A stretch of DNA of 62,713 nt, counting the filler, from Collodictyon triciliatum (Eukaryota): assembly GCA_043381765.1 (NCBI GenBank). It is 33 parts of 33 records of this genome, joined end to end, with 100 filler letters (N's around TTAATTAATTAA, not from the genome) between each part and the next. Parts side by side here need not be neighbours in the genome. Positions count along the whole stretch, not along the records: positions 60,951 to 62,713 come from JBHJMP010010276.1; 32 more parts are not named here. One strand, written 5' to 3'. The notes under the pieces are model-generated. The model worked only from the letters and a program-made list of their open reading frames with translations, was not told where the DNA came from and did not search any database. The translations under genes and the position numbers were made by a program. This document shows positions 61,368-62,713 of this stretch, one piece after another. Within the stretch, counting starts at the first letter, position 1; every line of letters begins with the position of its first letter.

Positions 61368-62600
61368 GAACCACAATAGAAGATGCACGGATGAGTTTTA
61401 CGGGAATCAAGTGAAAGCTATGATGAGTGGTGTTAAATCATCAGAGGCAGAACGCAAAAAAATGCTTGAAATTCTACAGCGAGACTACGAATCAAAACAA
61501 AGTGACCAATTCAATCTCCAGTACCAGACACGACATAGGCATCTGGATGGTTTGTGTCTATTATATGAATAATAATAACAATAACAATGAAGGAATTATA
61601 AAAAGAGTAGTTTTATTATTAACTTCAATATTCATGGTCAAAAAGATGAGGAGGAAGCCGAGGAGTTGATTGAGATGCTTAGTGAGATGAACATGGGTTT
61701 GTATTATTCAAATATGGCCATTCAATGCTGTGATGCGATGAATCCTCATATCAACACATATATTGTTTTCTTGTTGATAATTTGCATCCATCGATAAATC
61801 AAAATGAATATAGATGAGATAGATGAGAGTGTATTATCGCCCCATCAAAAAAGAATACTTCGTTCCCTGGTCCAAAAAGAGAAGATATCTATTCCCACGG
61901 CCCTATGGATACCATGGTGGAATCCTGAAAGAGTGTGAAGCTATTTACTTTCTTATGATTATTTGAACATGAATGATTGCTTTCTCTGCATATTATATAA
62001 ATTTTTATTCAATTTAAAATTTATTTTGCGCAAAGAGGGAAGAGCTTAACAAGAAACCTTTGATTACTGTCTTGGATGAAACAGAACAGAACATTCATGT
62101 ACTCGTCTTGTTTTTATTAAATACAATATATTCTACTAAATGGGTTAATGTTTTAAAGGAAATAAACTTCTTTTTGTTGCACTTTACCGTGAAAAATCTA
62201 TAAAAACTATTATGAAATAGGATGTATCCGATATACCCCCAGCTCCAACTGATATCCCGATGTTTTCCACCCTCTCGAAAGCACAGCCATCTGCCCTCCT
62301 AAGATACAACCTTTGCGATATTTTGTAAGCATCATATGTAAATATATAAATAAATAGATAAATAGACCAAATGGTAAGTTACTTGATGATAAGAGCCACT
62401 CTTGGACTTGTTGATGATAAGAGTGTGTAATAGGTATGCCTATGCCTATATGGTGCGTATATATAACGGAGAATGGAAGACATTTTTGGATGAAAGTTTG
62501 TCGATGATATGGACTTTATCCAGCGTTCTAAGCAAAAACTGCGTCCATGAGGACTTCACTAGTTTATGTTTCGTCTGCATAGAGAATTCTAATAATGTTC
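61368..62600 (+). CDS. ZNHIT2: Zinc finger HIT domain protein 2 homologue, partial, multi-exon
   Basis: HNRRCTDEFYGNQV; PWIPWW; PSALLRYNLCDIL/YAYAYMVRIYNGEW. Confidence 0.75.
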
Positions 62601-62713
62601 GTAATATTCTCTTTTTTTTTTCTTTTCTTCTTTTCTTCTTTTCTTCTTTTCTTCTTTTCTTCTTTTCTTCTTTTCTTCTTTTCTTCTTTTCTTCTTTTCT
62701 TCTTTTCTTCTTT

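Overview
This is not contiguous genome. It is a pseudo-scaffold of 33 short unplaced contigs (mostly ~1.76-1.78 kb, in roughly descending length) joined by artificial N44-TTAATTAATTAA-N44 spacers, so adjacency across spacers means nothing. The DNA is from an AT-rich, intron-rich, microsatellite-laden eukaryote; an axonemal dynein fragment implies a flagellated protist. Host gene fragments: Sec12/PREB-like WD40, kanadaptin-like FHA, Roco (Roc-COR-kinase), FG-GAP, LRR, Asteroid/XPG-like PIN nuclease, a transmembrane TKL pseudokinase, HGH1, DNAH6-like dynein, ZFAND2, CAMK-like kinase, NHL-repeat protein and ZNHIT2. The mobile/viral fraction is the most interesting part: (1) a frameshifted Fanzor-like (eukaryotic TnpB) gene; (2) a very AT-rich intronless primase-helicase contig with an origin-like repeat/palindrome block; (3) an intronless virus-fibre-like contig; (4) a minisatellite-carrying non-autonomous Helitron in two copies; (5) non-LTR retrotransposon relics, including ~25-bp poly(A) inserts flanked by ~17-bp target-site duplications. 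All calls come from manual motif recognition, without database searches, and coordinates of spliced genes are approximate.
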